Below, piece by piece: positions 59,631 to 64,000 of a stretch of 64,000 nt of DNA. The stretch lies in NCBI GenBank assembly GCA_918797485.1, contig CAKKNE010000005.1, positions 4,340,001 to 4,404,000 on the forward strand. The letters are read 5' to 3'. Positions within the stretch are counted from its first letter, which is position 1. Each line of letters starts with the position of its first letter. The stretch comes from Pelagomonas calceolata (taxonomy: Eukaryota). The translations under genes were made by a program, and so were the position numbers. The notes beneath the pieces are model-generated. The model was not told the origin of the DNA, did not search any database, and was given only the letters and a program-made list of their open reading frames with translations.

Positions 59631-62600
59631 ATGACGCGCGCCGCCGCGCTGCTGGCGCTGCTGGCCGGCGCCGCGCGCGCGGCCGTCGAGACGCACGAGG
59701 TGCACGCGAGCGGTAGCTTCGGGCTGCTGCGCCGCAAGCACGTGAACCCGGAGCGGCGCCTCCAGACCGACTACGCGCCCTCGGCAGCGCCGTCCGAGGC
59801 GCCGACCTTCGAGACGTACATGCCGACCGCCGAGAACGAGCACCTCGGCACGTGCAAGACGGCCGACGACGTGTTTACGTGTGCCGTTGCCGAGGACGCG
59901 TGCGAGAAAAAGTCGGGCAACACCTGGATACCGTCCAATCTCACGCCCCTCGTGGACGGCTGCTGCGTCTGCGAGCTGGGCTGCGACTATTCGGAGGAGA
60001 CGGGCGACAAAGGCGCGATCTGCCTCGCGCTACCGTCGGCCGTCTACGACGCCGTCGATAGCGACACCGTCGACGACTACATGCAGTTTGCGGTGGCGGT
60101 CCTCGTGAACGCCGACCCGAGCGACCTCAAGTTAGATCGGCTCAGCAGCGCCGAGGACGCCTATCAGGTCCAGGAGGTACCTGCACGGCGGCGGCTCGCG
60201 GGCGCGCCGGCGGACGAGCGCCGGCTCCAGCAGGACGCGTGCGATGTTTGGTACGAGTACCACCTGGTTTACAAACCCAAACCGGCGTCGGTCTCCCTCC
60301 GCAAGCAGAAGGCGACGCTCGACGCCACGAGCGCGGCGGACTGGGAGTCGGCGATCCACGACGCCATCGAGGCCGTGACCGGCCTGGACGTCTGCGACGC
60401 CGACGACAACATCTACTCCGCCGTGGGCGGGAACTGCGCCCTCAACTGCAACCTGAAGTACGGCGCCGCCGCGGGCACGTGCACGACCCTCAAGTCGGGC
60501 GACGCCGCCTGGAAGGACAAGTACGGCGACCGCGCTGTCGAGGCCGTGGGCTGGGCGGACGCGCAGCTTATCAACGCGGGGTACACCGCGTGCCAGTACG
60601 CCCCCGAGGCGGGCGCCAAGATGTACCTGCCGACGGCCCGGCCGACGTTCGCCGCGCCGACGCGCGTGCCGACGTCCAAGCCGACGGTGTTGGGGCATCG
60701 GGATGCCAACGCGTCGTACGCCCCCACGTACAAGCCGACGCACCAGCGGACCGGCATCCCGACGGCCGAGCCGACGCCGCAGCCGAGCACGGCGGTGCCC
60801 TCGGTCGCGCCGACGTTCGCGACGTGGGCGCCGTCGGAAATGCCGACGCCGGTGCCGGTGCCGAAGCCGACGGACGTGCCGACGCCGAAGCCGTCGTTTA
60901 AGCCGACGCCGAAGCCGACGCCGCAGACGCAGAAATCGCCGGAGCCGACGCCGGAGCCGTCCGTCAAGACGCCGGCGCCGACGAAGGCGCCGACGAAGGC
61001 GCCGAAGCCGGCGCCGACGCCCAAGCCGACGGCGGTCCCCACGTCGTTCCCCTCGCTCACGCCGACCGTGTCCCAAGCGCCGACGCGCAAGGGCTCGATC
61101 ACCTGGGCGCACGTCGGCGAGGACGTCGAGGTCCGGGGCCTCGACATGCACAAGTTCACGGCCTACGCGGACAACAGCGTCATGTTCTACTTCGCCGGCG
61201 ACCACATGGACTGCGACGACGGCGCCCGCGGCTACAAGATGACGGCGGACCCGCCGATCAACGACGCGGCGTGGAACAACGCCAGCTACTGCCTCTACCC
61301 CAACGGCAACGGCCTCGGCGCGGGGCGGTGGCCCCCGAGCTGCTGGCCGACGTACGACAAGAAGGGCAAGTGCACGAACCAGGACCGCGAGTGCGACGTC
61401 GATCAGGACTGCAACCGCAAGGCGTGGTGGCGCGCCAAGTACGGCGTCGGCGAGTGCATGGCGCCCCACTACGACGTCGACCTCACCTTCTACCAGAAGC
61501 GGGACGACGGCACGTCCGCGCTGGTCCGGACGGAGAACCACGTCTCGTACACGCCGTACGTCAACGTGTCGTGGCACCTCGACGGCCAGGCCGACGGCCT
61601 CTACTACTTCGTGGCCGCGGAGTCGACGTGCGGCGTCACCTCGACGTCGCCCGACGTCTTCCTGACCTCGTCGCAGGCCCCCACGCCGCGGCCCTCGGAC
61701 CAGCCGACGAGCGTCCCGACGGCCGCGCCCTCGCTCGCGCCCTCGCCCGTGCCCTCGCCCGTGCCGACGGAGCCGGGCCTCGCGGTGGTGATGACCGACT
61801 CGAACCGCCCGGGCGGCGGGGCCATGAAGTTCGGCGCCGGCGGCGGCGACCCCGAGAAGGACGACGTCCTGGCGTTCGACGGCGGCGACGGCGTCACGGT
61901 CGACATGGCCGTGGCCTTCACGGGCCAGGACGAGTCGGCCAAGGTCACGGTCAAGCTCTGCAAGGACGGCGAGGCCTCGGACTCGTCGCGCACGACGGCG
62001 ACCGACGACGCGGACGACGCGTGCGGCACGCTCGTCGCGACGCTCGCGGCCTCCGTGACCGTCACCAAGGACGCGGCCTCCTACCCCGTCACGATCCCCA
62101 ACGAGATCGACGGCGCGCCCCTCGACGGCACGGGCTACTACCTCGTCATGAGCGTCATCTACGACCGCCGCAAGCTCAGCACCGGCGCGACGTCCTTCGC
62201 GACCGGCACCTTCGGCGTCGTGGCCTTCTACCCCACGCCGCGGCCGACGCGCGTGCCCTGGCCCGCGCCGACGGCGCACCCCTCCGTGTCGCCGACCGTG
62301 TCGCCGACGCCCGAGCCGACCGAGGGCCCGACGCCGCGGCCGACGCCCAAGCCCACCATGTGGCCCACGGCGGCGCCGACGGCCGAGCGCCTGCCCTTCC
62401 AGATCCGGACCCAGGGCACGGCCCAGAACGGCGACTGGACGGACCGCTCGCTCAACTTCGAGGAGCCCGCCCGGACCAAGATCCAGTTCATCCAGGGCGC
62501 GGGCTACATCTCCGAGACCGGCTGCGCGCGCGCGTACCCCGGCGTCGACTTCGCCGCCGCCACGTCCTCCGTCGCCACGAAGGACGACTTCCTGGGCCAG

Positions 62601-64000
62601 TGCGGCCAGCAGGCGCAGTACGGCCCGTTCGTCTTCGACTTCGAGTTCGACGTCCTGCTCGTCGAGGCGGCGACGGACGCCGTCGTCCAGATCCTCTGCT
62701 CGGGCTGCCAGTCCGACGGCGAGAACATGTGGACGGGCGACTGGACGCCGGACCGCGCGAAGGTCGACGCCTCCTTGCCGACGACGCTGTACAGAATCAA
62801 GGTCGTCGAGTACTCCTACGGCCTCGTGGGCCGCTCGTCGCCCCTGACGGTCCAGGACGGCGTCTTCGACCCGACGCCCCGGCCGACGCCGACGCCGACG
62901 CCCGCGCCGACGCCCGAGGCGAGCAACCCGACCTCGGTGCCGATCCCCGCGCCGACGATGCTGCCGACGGAGAACACGCTCTCCATGGAGCTCCACGGCG
63001 CCGACGGCCACCTCGTGCCCCTCTGGAAGAGCGGCGACGGCGGCTACCTCGCGGCGGGCGAGTCCGTGACGGGCACGCTCCGCTTCACGGGCGACGAGGA
63101 CCAGAGCCGGCAGGTCACGATCCGGCTCTGCCGCGGCGAGGCCGTCGCCGGCCCCGACCTGTGCACGGACCGCGACGGCAAGTTCGTGGCCGAGGTCGGG
63201 TTCATGCAGCAGGTCGACTACGACGCCTCGGCGGCCTCCAACGACGGCACGCCGATCAGCTTCTCCGTGCCGACGGGCATCCAGGCCGGCAACAACTACT
63301 TCTTCGTGCTGTTCGCCTACGCGGACGCGCGGCGCAAGATGCTGGACAACGTGTCGCCGGCCGGCACCGCCGCCGCCGAGACGCAGACCTACGTCACGGG
63401 CGCCTTCACGGTCTACGACTACGCGCCGACGCCCGCGCCTTCTCCGTCGCCCTCGACGGCCGCGCCGTCGAACGTCGGGCGGGGCCCGACGCTGAACCCG
63501 ACGTACGAGCCCACGCCCAAGCCCGTGGAGGACATCCCCTGCACGGCCACCGTCGAGTCGGGCATCCCCGACGACAAGGTCTGGGAGTGGGGCCAGGACG
63601 TGGAGCTCAAGATCAAGATGTGCCACTGGTACTCGTACTCGTACGGCGTCGTCGACGTGCTCCTGTACGGCGACGAACCCAACGCGGACCCCGTCGACTC
63701 GCTCGCGCAGTACCAGAGCGTCCACGACAACACGCTTACCGTCAAGTACACGGTGCCCCAGTGCACGGACCAGGACCTCGTGACGGGCGAGTGCACCACG
63801 GATGGCCTCAACTTCCCCGACAACGAAGGCGTCCCGACAACGGGAAGTTCTAGGGACTCGTTCAAGCTCCGCATCATCGAGTACGGCCACGGCCTCGACA
63901 CGGGCGGCTGGACGGCCTCCGGGCAGTGGCCCCGCCAGGACCTCGAGTTCAAGATCCGCACCAAGCACATCCAGGCGCCCACGCCCGAGCCGACGAAGGC
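59631..64000 (+). CDS. Large secreted Pro/Thr-repeat (mucin-like) modular protein, running off the window end
   Basis: MTRAAALLALLAGAARA signal; the frame appears open to the end with GC3 codons; PTxxPT linkers alternate with Cys-containing globular domains; absent from the ORF track because it has no stop in the window. Confidence 0.85.
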   Translation, partial: MTRAAALLALLAGAARAAVETHEVHASGSFGLLRRKHVNPERRLQTDYAPSAAPSEAPTFETYMPTAENEHLGTCKTADDVFTCAVAEDACEKKSGNTWIPSNLTPLVDGCCVCELGCDYSEETGDKGAICLALPSAVYDAVDSDTVDDYMQFAVAVLVNADPSDLKLDRLSSAEDAYQVQEVPARRRLAGAPADERRLQQDACDVWYEYHLVYKPKPASVSLRKQKATLDATSAADWESAIHDAIEAVTGLDVCDADDNIYSAVGGNCALNCNLKYGAAAGTCTTLKSGDAAWKDKYGDRAVEAVGWADAQLINAGYTACQYAPEAGAKMYLPTARPTFAAPTRVPTSKPTVLGHRDANASYAPTYKPTHQRTGIPTAEPTPQPSTAVPSVAPTFATWAPSEMPTPVPVPKPTDVPTPKPSFKPTPKPTPQTQKSPEPTPEPSVKTPAPTKAPTKAPKPAPTPKPTAVPTSFPSLTPTVSQAPTRKGSITWAHVGEDVEVRGLDMHKFTAYADNSVMFYFAGDHMDCDDGARGYKMTADPPINDAAWNNASYCLYPNGNGLGAGRWPPSCWPTYDKKGKCTNQDRECDVDQDCNRKAWWRAKYGVGECMAPHYDVDLTFYQKRDDGTSALVRTENHVSYTPYVNVSWHLDGQADGLYYFVAAESTCGVTSTSPDVFLTSSQAPTPRPSDQPTSVPTAAPSLAPSPVPSPVPTEPGLAVVMTDSNRPGGGAMKFGAGGGDPEKDDVLAFDGGDGVTVDMAVAFTGQDESAKVTVKLCKDGEASDSSRTTATDDADDACGTLVATLAASVTVTKDAASYPVTIPNEIDGAPLDGTGYYLVMSVIYDRRKLSTGATSFATGTFGVVAFYPTPRPTRVPWPAPTAHPSVSPTVSPTPEPTEGPTPRPTPKPTMWPTAAPTAERLPFQIRTQGTAQNGDWTDRSLNFEEPARTKIQFIQGAGYISETGCARAYPGVDFAAATSSVATKDDFLGQCGQQAQYGPFVFDFEFDVLLVEAATDAVVQILCSGCQSDGENMWTGDWTPDRAKVDASLPTTLYRIKVVEYSYGLVGRSSPLTVQDGVFDPTPRPTPTPTPAPTPEASNPTSVPIPAPTMLPTENTLSMELHGADGHLVPLWKSGDGGYLAAGESVTGTLRFTGDEDQSRQVTIRLCRGEAVAGPDLCTDRDGKFVAEVGFMQQVDYDASAASNDGTPISFSVPTGIQAGNNYFFVLFAYADARRKMLDNVSPAGTAAAETQTYVTGAFTVYDYAPTPAPSPSPSTAAPSNVGRGPTLNPTYEPTPKPVEDIPCTATVESGIPDDKVWEWGQDVELKIKMCHWYSYSYGVVDVLLYGDEPNADPVDSLAQYQSVHDNTLTVKYTVPQCTDQDLVTGECTTDGLNFPDNEGVPTTGSSRDSFKLRIIEYGHGLDTGGWTASGQWPRQDLEFKIRTKHIQAPTPEPTK

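Noticed and set aside
60132..63968. 1278-aa minus ORF and 860-aa plus ORF (61271-63853)
   Set aside because: Antisense and off-frame shadows of the real plus-strand gene starting at 59631.

Overview
Gene-dense, very GC-rich eukaryotic nuclear DNA, not prokaryotic. It has spliceosomal introns, a ciliary DLEC1 gene, bipartite plastid-type presequences, fused DHFR-TS and a mitochondrial-type Eda. I infer a stramenopile alga, most likely a pelagophyte (Pelagomonas/Aureococcus-like). About 30 protein genes lie mostly in head-to-head or tail-to-tail pairs; no rRNA, tRNA or CRISPR was seen. Main observations: (1) a family of introner-type transposon introns, one with a perfect 15-bp TIR and 8-bp TSD at 57141-57328; (2) a putative iron/metal module of VIT1, a presequence-bearing Cys-rich metallothionein-like peptide and a BRUTUS-like hemerythrin RING-H2 ligase (41.4-44.5 kb); (3) a signal-peptide-like extension of DHFR-TS whose only good start candidate is ACG; (4) a GCTAGCG...GACACTAG motif recurring in divergent promoters; (5) a tandem duplication with a visible microhomology junction, in which one copy is a GT8-TM-ankyrin-RING chimera with an in-frame TAG; (6) a large secreted Pro/Thr-repeat protein missed by the ORF track. 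All calls come from reading motifs by eye; no searches were run.
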